Positions 1-16,247 of a stretch of DNA of 64,000 nt are shown here, piece by piece. A model generated the notes under the pieces. It made no database searches, was not told the DNA's origin, and saw only the letters and a list, made by a program, of their open reading frames with translations. The stretch lies in NCBI RefSeq assembly GCF_041248615.1, contig NZ_CP158426.1. One strand, written 5' to 3'. The stretch's first letter is position 1. The number at the start of each line of letters is the position of its first letter. Both the position numbers and the translations under genes were made by a program. This DNA is from Escherichia coli (lineage in GTDB: Bacteria; Pseudomonadota; Gammaproteobacteria; Enterobacterales; Enterobacteriaceae).

Positions 1-175
1 TTTATGGCAATTCACCATAAAAATCAGCATCATGCATGTTATTGATTTGTCTTATTTTGTAAAAATATATCGTTCAAAAAACAAGCATATCTCTGTCAAT
101 TTTTTGCGTCATTTTCATCGCCCAGGCGACCTACACTTATCAGGCACTACCCGTTGTATTTATGAGGATGTCATT

Positions 176-436
176 ATGAAAAAGTGCCTCGCACTACTGA
201 TTGCCACCGTCCTGAGCGGAATCTCTCTCACGGCTTATGCCGCGCAACCGATGAGTAACCTGGACAGCGGTCAGCTACGGCCCGCCGGTACCGTTTCGGC
301 AACTGGCGCATCAAACCTAAGCGATCTGGAGGATAAACTGGCAGAAAAAGCGCGCGAACAAGGCGCGAAAGGTTATGTCATTAATTCCGCGGGCGGAAAT
401 GACCAGATGTTCGGTACTGCAACCATCTACAAATAA
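176..436 (+). CDS. mcbA: DUF1471 (YdgH/BhsA/McbA family) small secreted protein, McbA-like
   Basis: ORF 32..436 trimmed to internal ATG at 176 preceded by GAGG; 86 aa with signal peptide and DUF1471-like C-terminus; position upstream of fiu as in K-12. Confidence 0.8.
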   Translation: MKKCLALLIATVLSGISLTAYAAQPMSNLDSGQLRPAGTVSATGASNLSDLEDKLAEKAREQGAKGYVINSAGGNDQMFGTATIYK

Positions 437-571
437 CCCCACCAACGTAACTGCATTCGCCTCTGGATGCAGTTTCCGCCTGTTTTGTAATCAAAAAACA
501 TCAAATATGAACGCAATGTAAATAAATGTATTTCTTTTTCGCGCAATGGGTGATAGAAAATCGCGCCAAGT

Positions 572-598
572 GATAATGCTTATAAAAATAATTATCAC
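572..598. promoter_or_regulatory. putative Fur box in fiu promoter region
   Basis: gataatgcttataaaaataattatcac resembles the Fur consensus GATAATGATAATCATTATC; about 100 bp upstream of fiu start; fiu is a known Fur-regulated gene. Confidence 0.5.
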
Positions 599-700
599 TT
601 GCACGAACACTATCACGGGATTAACAGTGGCATCGCATCCGCAGAGAGGCTTTCTCGTGTCAGTGAAAATTTCAACATATAAGAAAAAGTCACCTGCAAA

Positions 701-2983
701 ATGGAAAACAATCGCAATTTCCCTGCCAGACAATTTCATTCGCTCACGTTCTTTGCCGGTCTTTGTATTGGTATTACGCCTGTGGCTCAGGTACTCGCCG
801 CCGAAGGGCAAACTAACGCGGATGACACGCTGGTTGTCGAAGCATCAACGCCTTCGCTTTATGCGCCACAACAATCTGCCGATCCGAAATTCTCGCGTCC
901 GGTAGCGGATACTACCCGCACGATGACGGTGATTTCTGAACAAGTGATTAAAGATCAGGGCGCAACCAACCTTACCGACGCGCTCAAAAACGTCCCCGGC
1001 GTGGGTGCGTTTTTTGCGGGTGAGAACGGTAACTCCACCACTGGCGACGCCATTTATATGCGCGGTGCCGATACCTCTAACAGTATTTATATTGATGGCA
1101 TTCGCGATATCGGCAGCGTCTCGCGCGACACCTTCAATACCGAGCAGGTCGAAGTGATTAAAGGGCCGTCCGGCACCGACTACGGGCGCAGCGCACCGAC
1201 GGGCTCGATCAATATGATCAGCAAACAGCCGCGCAATGATTCCGGCATTGACGCCTCCGCCAGTATTGGCAGCGCCTGGTTCCGCCGCGGCACGCTGGAC
1301 GTCAATCAGGTCATTGGTGATACCACTGCGGTGCGCCTGAACGTGATGGGCGAAAAAACGCACGATGCCGGACGCGACAAAGTCAAAAATGAGCGTTACG
1401 GCGTCGCCCCTTCTGTCGCTTTTGGCCTTGGTACAGCGAATCGTTTGTATCTTAATTATCTGCATGTCACCCAGCACAACACGCCAGACGGCGGCATTCC
1501 GACCATCGGTTTGCCGGGCTATTCTGCCCCATCTGCGGGAACAGCGGCCCTGAATCATTCCGGAAAAGTTGATACTCATAACTTTTACGGCACGGATTCC
1601 GATTACGACGATTCGACCACCGACACCGCTACCATGCGTTTTGAGCACGACATCAACGATAACACCACCATTCGCAATACTACCCGTTGGTCGCGCGTGA
1701 AGCAGGATTACCTGATGACGGCGATTATGGGCGGGGCGTCGAATATTACCCAGCCCACCAGCGATGTGAATAGCTGGACCTGGTCACGCACGGCGAATAC
1801 TAAAGATGTGAGTAATAAAATTCTCACCAACCAGACCAACCTGACCTCGACGTTCTATACCGGTTCTATCGGTCATGATGTCAGTACCGGCGTGGAATTT
1901 ACCCGTGAAACGCAGACTAACTACGGCGTTAATCCGGTGACGTTACCTGCGGTAAATATTTATCATCCTGACAGCAGCATTCATCCCGGCGGCCTGACGC
2001 GCAACGGCGCAAACGCCAATGGTCAGACGGATACCTTCGCAATTTACGCCTTCGATACGCTGCAAATCACCCGTGATTTTGAGCTGAACGGCGGGATCCG
2101 TCTGGATAATTATCATACTGAATATGACAGTGCCACCGCCTGCGGCGGCAGCGGACGCGGTGCCATCACCTGCCCTGCTGGCGTGGCAAAAGGTTCTCCG
2201 GTCACCACCGTCGATACCGCCAAGTCGGGCAATCTGGTGAACTGGAAAGTCGGGGCGCTGTATCACCTGACGGAAAACGGCAATGTCTATATTAACTATG
2301 CCGTTTCCCAGCAGCCTCCGGGCGGCAACAACTTCGCCCTTGCGCAGTCTGGCAGCGGTAACAGTGCCAACCGCACCGATTTTAAACCGCAAAAAGCCAA
2401 CACCAGCGAGATTGGCACCAAATGGCAGGTTCTGGATAAACGCCTGTTGCTCACCGCCGCGCTGTTCCGTACTGATATCGAAAATGAAGTTGAGCAAAAT
2501 GATGACGGAACTTACTCGCAATACGGTAAGAAACGCGTCGAAGGCTATGAGATATCCGTGGCCGGGAATATCACTCCCGCGTGGCAGGTGATTGGCGGCT
2601 ATACCCAGCAAAAAGCAACCATCAAAAACGGCAAAGATGTTGCCCAGGATGGTTCCTCATCGCTGCCGTATACCCCGGAGCACGCCTTTACCTTGTGGAG
2701 CCAGTATCAGGCAACCGATGATATTTCCGTTGGTGCGGGCGCACGCTATATCGGCAGTATGCATAAAGGTTCTGACGGCGCGGTGGGAACGCCAGCGTTT
2801 ACCGAAGGTTATTGGGTCGCCGACGCTAAACTGGGGTATCGGGTTAATCGCAATCTCGACTTCCAGCTAAACGTCTACAACCTGTTTGATACCGATTACG
2901 TCGCCTCAATCAACAAGAGCGGCTACCGTTATCACCCGGGCGAGCCAAGAACCTTCCTGCTCACGGCCAATATGCATTTCTGA
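701..2983 (+). CDS. fiu: TonB-dependent catecholate siderophore outer-membrane receptor Fiu
   Basis: 760 aa ORF; signal peptide, TonB-box/plug region and C-terminal beta-barrel ending in aromatic residue (..ANMHF); N-terminus [12 protein letters not shown] recognised. Confidence 0.93.
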   Translation: MENNRNFPARQFHSLTFFAGLCIGITPVAQVLAAEGQTNADDTLVVEASTPSLYAPQQSADPKFSRPVADTTRTMTVISEQVIKDQGATNLTDALKNVPGVGAFFAGENGNSTTGDAIYMRGADTSNSIYIDGIRDIGSVSRDTFNTEQVEVIKGPSGTDYGRSAPTGSINMISKQPRNDSGIDASASIGSAWFRRGTLDVNQVIGDTTAVRLNVMGEKTHDAGRDKVKNERYGVAPSVAFGLGTANRLYLNYLHVTQHNTPDGGIPTIGLPGYSAPSAGTAALNHSGKVDTHNFYGTDSDYDDSTTDTATMRFEHDINDNTTIRNTTRWSRVKQDYLMTAIMGGASNITQPTSDVNSWTWSRTANTKDVSNKILTNQTNLTSTFYTGSIGHDVSTGVEFTRETQTNYGVNPVTLPAVNIYHPDSSIHPGGLTRNGANANGQTDTFAIYAFDTLQITRDFELNGGIRLDNYHTEYDSATACGGSGRGAITCPAGVAKGSPVTTVDTAKSGNLVNWKVGALYHLTENGNVYINYAVSQQPPGGNNFALAQSGSGNSANRTDFKPQKANTSEIGTKWQVLDKRLLLTAALFRTDIENEVEQNDDGTYSQYGKKRVEGYEISVAGNITPAWQVIGGYTQQKATIKNGKDVAQDGSSSLPYTPEHAFTLWSQYQATDDISVGAGARYIGSMHKGSDGAVGTPAFTEGYWVADAKLGYRVNRNLDFQLNVYNLFDTDYVASINKSGYRYHPGEPRTFLLTANMHF

Positions 2984-3024
2984 TTCAGATGTGGGGCGCA
3001 GGCCCCACTTTTTGGAGAACTTGT

Positions 3025-3702
3025 ATGATGTACCACATTCCCGGCGTGCTATCGCCAAAGGACGTCGCCCGTTTTCGCGAACAACTGGAACAAGCCGAAT
3101 GGGTGGATGGACGCATCACCACCGGCGCACAAGGTGCGCAAGTTAAGAACAATCAACAGGTAGACACCCGCAGCACGTTATACGCCGCCCTGCAAAATGA
3201 GGTGCTGAACGCGGTTAACCAACATGCTTTGTTCTTTGCCGCGGCCTTGCCGCGTACCCTTTCCACGCCGCTGTTTAATCGCTATCAGAACAATGAAACC
3301 TATGGTTTCCATGTGGATGGCGCAGTACGCAGCCATCCACAAAACGGCTGGATGCGCACTGACCTTTCTGCCACGCTGTTTTTAAGCGATCCACAAAGCT
3401 ACGACGGCGGCGAACTGGTCGTTAATGACACCTTCGGGCAACATCGGGTAAAACTTCCGGCAGGCGATCTCGTGTTGTATCCCTCCAGCAGCCTGCATTG
3501 CGTGACGCCCGTAACCCGCGGCGTACGAGTGGCATCATTTATGTGGATCCAGTCGATGATCCGCGATGATAAAAAGCGCGCCATGCTGTTTGAACTGGAC
3601 AACAATATTCAGTCGCTGAAAAGCCGCTACGGCGAAAGTGAAGAGATCCTGTCGCTGCTCAATCTTTATCATAATCTGCTGCGGGAATGGTCGGAGATCT
3701 GA
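3025..3702 (+). CDS. ybiX: PKHD-type Fe(II)/2-oxoglutarate-dependent hydroxylase YbiX
   Basis: ORF 2989..3702 trimmed to ATG at 3025 (MMYHIPGVL..); 225 aa; immediately downstream of fiu (operon). Confidence 0.9.
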   Translation: MMYHIPGVLSPKDVARFREQLEQAEWVDGRITTGAQGAQVKNNQQVDTRSTLYAALQNEVLNAVNQHALFFAAALPRTLSTPLFNRYQNNETYGFHVDGAVRSHPQNGWMRTDLSATLFLSDPQSYDGGELVVNDTFGQHRVKLPAGDLVLYPSSSLHCVTPVTRGVRVASFMWIQSMIRDDKKRAMLFELDNNIQSLKSRYGESEEILSLLNLYHNLLREWSEI

Positions 3703-3775
3703 CGCTTGAACTGCCCGAGTTCGTCCCTATATTAGCTACACTTAACTGTACAAGTATTGATATGGGGAGGACGAT

Positions 3776-4042
3776 ATGGCATCCGGTTGGGCTAACGATG
3801 ACGCCGTCAACGAACAGATCAACAGTACAATTGAAGATGCGATTGCCCGCGCTCGGGGTGAAATTCCGCGTGGTGAAAGCCTGTATGAATGTGAAGAGTG
3901 CGGTGCCCCGATCCCACAGGCCCGTCGGGAAGCCATTCCTGGCGTGCGCTTATGCATTCATTGTCAGCAGGAGAAAGATTTACAAAAACCAGCTTATACA
4001 GGATATAATCGCAGAGGTTCGAAAGACAGCCAGTTACGTTAA
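3776..4042 (+). CDS. ybiI: DksA/TraR-family C4-type zinc-finger protein YbiI
   Basis: 88 aa; CxxC..CxxC motif (CEECGAPIP..CIHCQ). Confidence 0.88.
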   Translation: MASGWANDDAVNEQINSTIEDAIARARGEIPRGESLYECEECGAPIPQARREAIPGVRLCIHCQQEKDLQKPAYTGYNRRGSKDSQLR

Positions 4043-4306
4043 CTACAACTGACGGGATGTATAGCGAGTATAATTTGCACTTTGCGTGGCATTCCGTGCC
4101 TTTAACGCTGTCGTGACTGCCACGCTGCATAAAACAAGTCCATAAGTACAACAAATAATTGGTTTATCAGTATGTTAGATATCAATCAATTTATTTGAAC
4201 AAGGCGGTCAATTCTCTTCGATTTTATCTCTCGTAAAAAAACGTGATACTCATCACATCGACGAAACAACGTCACTTAAACAAAAATCACCTGCGAGAGA
4301 TTAATT

Positions 4307-4567
4307 ATGAAAACTATCAATACTGTTGTTGCTGCTATGGCTCTTTCAACTCTGTCATTTGGCGTGTTTGCCGCGGAACCGGTAACGGCATCCCAGGCAC
4401 AGAACATGAATAAAATCGGCGTGGTTTCTGCCGATGGCGCATCCACCCTCGATGCCCTGGAAGCGAAACTGGCTGAGAAAGCGGCGGCAGCCGGTGCCAG
4501 TGGATACAGCATCACTTCCGCCACCAACAACAATAAATTAAGCGGTACTGCGGTAATTTATAAGTAA
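4307..4567 (+). CDS. ybiJ: DUF1471 family protein YbiJ
   Basis: 86 aa; signal peptide; paralogous in sequence to the mcbA product at 176..436. Confidence 0.88.
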   Translation: MKTINTVVAAMALSTLSFGVFAAEPVTASQAQNMNKIGVVSADGASTLDALEAKLAEKAAAAGASGYSITSATNNNKLSGTAVIYK

Positions 4568-4677
4568 TTCGTAGGCGGATAAGGCGTTTCCGCTACATCC
4601 AGCACAAGTATTTCCCTGTCTGTTTGCCGACAGACGCACATGCTCTAACCCTCATTGATCCTATGTTACCCTTGTTT

Positions 4678-4704
4678 GCCCGTCCGCCACTGGACGGGCT
4701 TTTT

Positions 4705-4706
<2 letters not shown>
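4678..4706. terminator. bidirectional rho-independent terminator between ybiJ and ybiC
   Basis: gcccgtccgccactggacgggc hairpin followed by T7 run; lies between convergent genes. Confidence 0.6.
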
Positions 4707-6893
<2,187 letters not shown>

Positions 6894-6920
6894 TTACGAC
6901 TCCTTACCTGACTCACATCA

Positions 6921-9071
6921 TTAACGCCGCCGACGGCGTGGGGATTTCGTTTTTTCTTTCTTTTTAACTATACCTTCAGGGACTTCCGGTTGCTCTATCG
7001 GAAATACCGGTAATGCATCCAGTAGCCGCTTGCCGTAGTTTTTGGTGAGCAAGCGTTTATCGTAAATCACCACTTCGCCCCAGCAACCGTGGCTTCGAAT
7101 CAGTCGCCCAACCTGCTGAATCAGGTTAAACGAGGCGCTCGGCAGGCTTTGCACCTCAAACGGATAGCGGTTGAGGCTTTTCAGCCATTCCCCTTCGGTG
7201 ATCACCACCGGGCTGTCGATGGGCGGAAAAGCGATTTTGTGGATATGCACCTGGCTGAGCAGATCACCTTTCAAATCAAGCCCTTCGGCAAATGACTGTA
7301 AGCCCACCAGCACGCTGCGCTCACCGTTGGCGACGCGTTTGCGGTGCAGTTCAACTAAACGGTAACGCGGCTGATCGCCCTGCACCAGCAACATCAGACG
7401 TAAATCCGTCACATAATCGAGAAAGCGCTGCATCGCCCGTCCGCTGGCAAACAGTACCAACATACCGAGATGTTTTTTGCTCTCCACCTGCTCACGGAAA
7501 AAGGCCGCCATTTCGGCAATATGCTGCTCTTCGTTGTCGAGGGAAGGCTCAACGCGCATCCGGGGAATAACAATTTTGCCCTGTTCGCAGTGGTTGAAGG
7601 GGGAATCCAGCGCCACAAAACGGTCGCCCGCTTTCTCTTTCAGACCACTCATCTCCTGCAAACGCGAAAAACTATTCAGCGAACGCAAGGTTGCGGAGGT
7701 GACAATAATGTGCGGAATACTGCGCCACAGCAGCCTTTCCAGCTGATCGCTGACACGTATCCCCACGCAGTGAAACCAGAGATGCAGTTGCCCTTCGCGC
7801 TCTTCCCGCGTCGCCCATTTGGTCACCGGCGCACCGGAAGATTGCGCCAGAGACGCCAGCCGCCAGAGTTTGCTTTGCGCCTCGAACATCCCCAACGCGC
7901 GGTTCATCTGCAAAATCAACCGATGCAGGCGTACAATGTCATGGCTGCCGGTTTTCTCACTTAAATCGTTAAGAAATAACTCCGCCAGACCACGCAGCAT
8001 CTCGGTGAGTTTTGCCAGCCGCTGGCAGATCTCCAGCACTTCATCAGGCAGTTCGCCCATCGCAAAACGGTGCTCTGCCTCCTGCCCGGCAGGCATGTAG
8101 AGATTGAGAATGTTGTTTAACGAGGCGATAAGCTCATACAACTCTTCACAATGCGCATTCAAACGTTCAGGGATCGCCAGCGGTGGGATGGTCTTCGGGC
8201 GAAACTGCTCCGTGCAGGTAGCGACCAGTTTCGTGAACAAGTCCAGCTGTAGCCGATACCACGGCGCGGTGATTTCGGCGCTCATCTCCAGCGCATCCCG
8301 CGCCACATCTGGCAGGTGATGACCTTCGTCCAGCACCAGCAGCAGATTTTTCGGGTCAGGCAGTACGGCTTCGCTTTCCATCGCCGCCATCACCAGCGCA
8401 TGGTTTGCCACCACCACTTCCGCTTCCTGAATCTCCCGACGAGCAACAAAAAACGGGCATTCACGATAGTAGTAACAGTTACGGTTGAGGCAGCTGGCTT
8501 TGTCGGTACTCAAACGACGCCAGAGATCATCATCTATAGCGATATCCGTATGATCGCGCAGACCATCCCATTTATAAGTGTCGAGATCGCCCTTCAACTT
8601 TGCACAACGCTTTTGCTCTTCCTGATTGTTCGGCGTCAGCTCGTCGTCAAGAAACGCCAGCAGATCCTGTTGCGTGGGCTCAGTGCTGGCAAGCGCCGTC
8701 AGATTACGCGGGCAAACGTAGCGCCCACGCCCAAAAGCGGCAGTGAATTTAAGATCGGGAATGATCTTTTTCAGCAGTGGCAAATCTTTGCTGTAGATCT
8801 GATCCTGCAATGCTACGTTGGCGGTACTCACCACCAGCGTTTTTTGCTCTTCGCGGGCAATGGCGATACCGGGGATCAAATAGGAGAGCGTTTTCCCAAC
8901 GCCGGTGGGGGCTTCAATCGCCAGATGCCGCCCTTCTTCTCCGGCCAGCGTTTTGGCGACGTCCGCAATCATCTGCCGCTGCGGCGCACGGGGAATAAAG
9001 TCGGGGATCTGTTCCTGAAGCGCCTTATACCAGGCGGCAATTTGCGCTTTAAGCGCGGCGGTTAATGCCAT
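6921..9071 (-). CDS. dinG: ATP-dependent DNA helicase DinG
   Basis: 716 aa; Walker A GVGKT, DEGHH box, Fe-S cysteine cluster; N-terminus MALTAALKAQIAAWYKAL. Confidence 0.95.
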   Translation of the reverse strand: MALTAALKAQIAAWYKALQEQIPDFIPRAPQRQMIADVAKTLAGEEGRHLAIEAPTGVGKTLSYLIPGIAIAREEQKTLVVSTANVALQDQIYSKDLPLLKKIIPDLKFTAAFGRGRYVCPRNLTALASTEPTQQDLLAFLDDELTPNNQEEQKRCAKLKGDLDTYKWDGLRDHTDIAIDDDLWRRLSTDKASCLNRNCYYYRECPFFVARREIQEAEVVVANHALVMAAMESEAVLPDPKNLLLVLDEGHHLPDVARDALEMSAEITAPWYRLQLDLFTKLVATCTEQFRPKTIPPLAIPERLNAHCEELYELIASLNNILNLYMPAGQEAEHRFAMGELPDEVLEICQRLAKLTEMLRGLAELFLNDLSEKTGSHDIVRLHRLILQMNRALGMFEAQSKLWRLASLAQSSGAPVTKWATREEREGQLHLWFHCVGIRVSDQLERLLWRSIPHIIVTSATLRSLNSFSRLQEMSGLKEKAGDRFVALDSPFNHCEQGKIVIPRMRVEPSLDNEEQHIAEMAAFFREQVESKKHLGMLVLFASGRAMQRFLDYVTDLRLMLLVQGDQPRYRLVELHRKRVANGERSVLVGLQSFAEGLDLKGDLLSQVHIHKIAFPPIDSPVVITEGEWLKSLNRYPFEVQSLPSASFNLIQQVGRLIRSHGCWGEVVIYDKRLLTKNYGKRLLDALPVFPIEQPEVPEGIVKKKEKTKSPRRRRR

Positions 9072-9085
9072 GAGAAAACCTGAAA

Positions 9086-9105
9086 TACTGTATAAACAGC
9101 CAATA
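9086..9105. promoter_or_regulatory. LexA (SOS) box of dinG
   Basis: reverse complement reads TATTGGCTGTTTATACAGTA, the non-canonical dinG SOS box, 15 bp upstream of the dinG start. Confidence 0.75.
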
Positions 9106-9241
9106 TTGTGGCATTTTTCGGTTTTCAGGGGTAATGGTTTTTCTGTTTCTGGAAAGCGGCTCGCAATAACGTTTTCCGGATGTGAAGTTTTCTCGCGGCA
9201 GAAGAAACATCATTGTGCAGCAAAAGACATTGTACATCAGC

Positions 9242-9523
9242 TTATTCCGCTGGCGGCCATTGCAGAGCGGTATGTAAAACACGCAGTACCGAGAGCGTAT
9301 CGCCCTCCACTTGATAGACAAGCACATAATGCGGCCTGACAACGGCTTCATGTGTACCAGCGACTCGTCCGGCCCGGTACATCTCCGGGCGTTCACAGGC
9401 CTGTTCCGCAATGGCTTCAAATTGATTATCAAGGGCTATTGCCGCTAGCGGATTATCTTTACTGATGTATTCCATGATTTGCTCCCTGTCAGACAGGGAC
9501 ATTGGCTTCCATTCCAGACGCAT
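9242..9523 (-). CDS. ParE/RelE-family toxin-like protein
   Basis: 93 aa; ParE-like pattern (LEW.P......I..YI......AA...........P..G.......HE.VV.PY.LVY.V.GD.L.VLRVLH....WP); start ATG overlaps stop of upstream ORF (TAATG). Confidence 0.6.
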   Translation of the reverse strand: MRLEWKPMSLSDREQIMEYISKDNPLAAIALDNQFEAIAEQACERPEMYRAGRVAGTHEAVVRPHYVLVYQVEGDTLSVLRVLHTALQWPPAE

Positions 9524-9963
9524 TAATCCCCCTTCAGCAAGGCTTTTTTACGGGCAGCAAATAGACTTTTGGCCTCTTCATGAGAGAGTGCCGGGCGTGG
9601 ATCGTCAATGGCGGCCTGCACCTGCTCTCGAAACCAGGCATCATACGCGGCAGCTTCATGAGCTCGTTTTAATGCCTCAGCCCTGTCTGGTCGGGTCGTT
9701 TTCTTCTGACCGTCCGGGTCGTAATTAGAGGCGTCGACTTCAAACCGGGCAATACCAACATCTTTCAGGTAGTTGACAACCGTTTCCAGCCGTTTGAACA
9801 GGCGGATTTGCCGACTGCGTTGTGCTGCAAGAGGCCGTTCAGTGTGGCCGTATTTCACGGTCAACGACCAGCCTCCCTGGGTGCCAATAACGTGTGCTGC
9901 ATCCACTACGCCAGATTCAACCAGTTTATGTAAGGTTGAGTGATCGATCGTTTCTGGTGCCAT
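9523..9963 (-). CDS. putative antitoxin-like partner with extended N-terminal domain of unknown function
   Basis: 146 aa ORF with ATG start, translationally coupled to the toxin-like ORF; assignment by position only. Confidence 0.45.
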   Translation of the reverse strand: MAPETIDHSTLHKLVESGVVDAAHVIGTQGGWSLTVKYGHTERPLAAQRSRQIRLFKRLETVVNYLKDVGIARFEVDASNYDPDGQKKTTRPDRAEALKRAHEAAAYDAWFREQVQAAIDDPRPALSHEEAKSLFAARKKALLKGD

Positions 9964-10091
9964 AATGCGCTAACCTCTTTGTATACAGCATGCAATTTAT
10001 AATTAAAGATAGAGCAATTAATAATAAATTGCAGCACCTTGATCGTAAATTGCCCAGGATAAAATTGCGGTAGAAAGAGACTTGTTGCGAA

Positions 10092-10113
10092 GATGCCGGG
10101 CATCGCCCGGCAT
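10092..10113. terminator. hairpin immediately 3' of rhlE
   Basis: gatgccgggcatcgcccggcat palindrome directly after rhlE stop; weak T run. Confidence 0.4.
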
Positions 10114-10119
10114 AAAAGA

Positions 10120-11484
10120 TTACTGCGCAGCGGCAGGTTTACGCGGACGGCGGCGGCGTTGTTGTTCGCCTGCCGGTTTGGCATCGCCAAGACGACGAGA
10201 TGGTTTTTCTGCAGGCTTCGCGCTCGCAGATTTTGCGCCACCTTCAGCGCGGCGTGGTTGCTGTTGACCGCGACCACCACCTTGCCCACGACCGCCGCCG
10301 CCACGTTGCTGGCGACCGTTCTGGATTGGTTCGGCTTTGATTGACGGGTCCGGCTCATAGCCCGGAATCGCAATGCGCGGGATCTCTTTTTTCAGCAGTT
10401 TTTCGATATCACGCAGCAGTTTGTGTTCATCAACACACACCAGCGACAACGCTTCACCGGTAGCAGCCGCACGACCGGTACGCCCGATACGGTGAACATA
10501 ATCTTCCGGTACGTTTGGCAGTTCATAGTTGACCACGTGCGGCAACTCTTCGATATCCAGACCGCGCGCAGCGATGTCAGTTGCCACTAGTACACGAATA
10601 TCGCCCGATTTAAAATCAGCCAGCGCACGGGTACGCGCACCTTGCGATTTATTGCCGTGGATCGCCGCACTGCGGATGCCATCTTTATTGAGCTGTTCAG
10701 CCAGATGGTTAGCGCCATGTTTGGTACGGGTAAACACCAGCACCTGCTGCCAGTTCCCTTTCCCAATCATGTGCGACAACAATTCGCGTTTGCGTTTCTT
10801 ATCAACAAAGTGAACATGCTGGGTCACCTGATCAGACGCGGTATTGCGGCGTGCCACTTCGATTTCCAGCGGGTTGTGCAACAGTTTTTCCGCCAGAGCT
10901 TTAATATCGTCAGAGAAGGTCGCGGAGAACAACAGGTTCTGGCGCTTCGCAGGTAGTTTTGTTAACACGCGACGGATATCGTGGATAAAGCCCATGTCGA
11001 GCATGCGGTCAGCTTCATCGAGGACGAGGATTTCAACCTGATCCAGCTTCACCGCATTCTGATGTTCCAGGTCCAGCAGACGTCCCGGCGTTGCAACCAG
11101 CACATCAACGCCGCCGCGCAACTTCATCATCTGCGGGTTAATGCTGACACCGCCAAACACCACCAGCGAACGAATGTTCAGGTATTTGCTGTAATCACGG
11201 ACGTTTTCGCCAATCTGCGCCGCCAGTTCACGGGTCGGGGTAAGAATGAGCGCACGTACCGGACGACGCCCTTTGGCGTGCGGCTGGCGAGTGATCAGGT
11301 GTTGCAACAGCGGCAGCGTAAAGCCCGCTGTTTTGCCGGTGCCAGTCTGGGCGCTAGCCATCAGGTCGCGGCCTTCCAGCACCGCAGGGATCGCCTGCTG
11401 CTGAATAGGGGTGGGTTCACGGTAACCCTGCTCGGCAACGGCGCGCAGGATATCAGGGCTTAAACCCAAAGAATCGAAAGACAT
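10120..11484 (-). CDS. rhlE: ATP-dependent DEAD-box RNA helicase RhlE
   Basis: 454 aa; Q motif, [23 protein letters not shown] motifs; Gly/Arg-rich C-terminal tail. Confidence 0.95.
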   Translation of the reverse strand: MSFDSLGLSPDILRAVAEQGYREPTPIQQQAIPAVLEGRDLMASAQTGTGKTAGFTLPLLQHLITRQPHAKGRRPVRALILTPTRELAAQIGENVRDYSKYLNIRSLVVFGGVSINPQMMKLRGGVDVLVATPGRLLDLEHQNAVKLDQVEILVLDEADRMLDMGFIHDIRRVLTKLPAKRQNLLFSATFSDDIKALAEKLLHNPLEIEVARRNTASDQVTQHVHFVDKKRKRELLSHMIGKGNWQQVLVFTRTKHGANHLAEQLNKDGIRSAAIHGNKSQGARTRALADFKSGDIRVLVATDIAARGLDIEELPHVVNYELPNVPEDYVHRIGRTGRAAATGEALSLVCVDEHKLLRDIEKLLKKEIPRIAIPGYEPDPSIKAEPIQNGRQQRGGGGRGQGGGRGQQQPRRAEGGAKSASAKPAEKPSRRLGDAKPAGEQQRRRRPRKPAAAQ

Positions 11485-11712
11485 AACTACTCCGAACCGC
11501 CCCGACCGTTACCGGTGTAGTTTTCAGGGAGATACTGAAAAGGAAAATGACAAAAACCACAATGTCATGAGGGAGCGGAGTGTAGCAGTTTTTGTGACGC
11601 AGCGCATAAATTATCCCTGTGACTGGCGTTGCTAAAATTCTTAGCCATACTGGACAACTCCCATATGGAGTCATAATCTTAATCAATCATTTGATTAAGA
11701 ATGGACTGTGCG

Positions 11713-15103
<3,391 letters not shown>

Positions 15104-15111
<8 letters not shown>

Positions 15112-16237
15112 CCCGATCCTTTCCTGGCGTCGCGTGCGGGCGCTGTGCGTCAAAGAGACGCGGCAGATCGTTCGCGATCCGAGTAGCTGGCTGATTGCGG
15201 TAGTGATCCCGCTGTTGCTGCTGTTTATTTTTGGTTACGGCATTAACCTCGACTCCAGCAAGCTGCGGGTCGGGATTTTACTGGAACAGCGTAGCGAAGC
15301 GGCGCTGGATTTCACCCACACCATGACCGGTTCGCCCTACATCGACGCCACTATCAGCGATAACCGTCAGGAACTGATTGCCAAAATGCAGGCGGGGAAA
15401 ATTCGCGGTCTGGTGGTTATTCCGGTGGATTTTGCGGAACAGATGGAGCGCGCCAACGCCACCGCACCGATTCAGGTGATCACCGACGGCAGTGAGCCGA
15501 ATACCGCTAACTTTGTGCAGGGGTATGTCGAAGGGATCTGGCAGATCTGGCAAATGCAGCGAGCGGAGGACAACGGGCAGACTTTTGAACCGCTTATTGA
15601 TGTACAAACCCGCTACTGGTTTAACCCGGCGGCGATTAGCCAGCACTTCATTATCCCCGGTGCGGTGACCATCATCATGACGGTCATCGGCGCGATTCTC
15701 ACCTCGCTGGTGGTGGCGCGAGAATGGGAACGCGGCACCATGGAGGCTCTGCTCTCTACGGAGATTACCCGCACGGAACTGCTGCTGTGTAAGCTCATAC
15801 CCTACTATTTCCTCGGGATGCTGGCGATGTTGCTGTGTATGCTGGTGTCGGTGTTTATTCTCGGCGTGCCGTATCGCGGGTCGCTGCTGATTCTGTTTTT
15901 TATCTCCAGCCTGTTTTTACTCAGTACCCTGGGGATGGGGCTGCTGATTTCCACGATTACCCGCAACCAGTTCAATGCCGCTCAGGTCGCCCTGAACGCG
16001 GCTTTTCTGCCGTCGATTATGCTTTCCGGCTTTATTTTTCAGATCGACAGTATGCCCGCGGTGATCCGCGCGGTGACATACATTATTCCCGCACGTTATT
16101 TCGTCAGCACCCTGCAAAGCCTGTTCCTCGCCGGGAATATTCCGGTGGTACTGGTGGTGAACGTGCTGTTTTTGATCGCTTCGGCGGTGATGTTTATCGG
16201 CCTGACGTGGCTGAAAACCAAACGTCGGCTGGATTAG
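15104..16237 (+). CDS. ybhS: ABC-2 type transporter permease YbhS
   Basis: 377 aa multi-TM ORF overlapping ybhF stop. Confidence 0.9.
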
Positions 16238-16247
16238 GGAGAAGAGC

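Noticed and set aside
1943-2611. 222-aa minus-strand ORF
   Set aside because: Antisense shadow ORF inside fiu; a GC-rich coding region gives long antisense frames.
8316-9065. 249-aa plus-strand ORF
   Set aside because: Lies entirely antisense within dinG; low-complexity product; dinG is confidently coding on the minus strand.
10130-10340. repetitive G/C-rich sequence (ggcggcgg, cgccgccg repeats)
   Set aside because: Considered as a repeat array, but it encodes the Gly/Arg-rich C-terminal tail of RhlE in frame; not a CRISPR or intergenic repeat.
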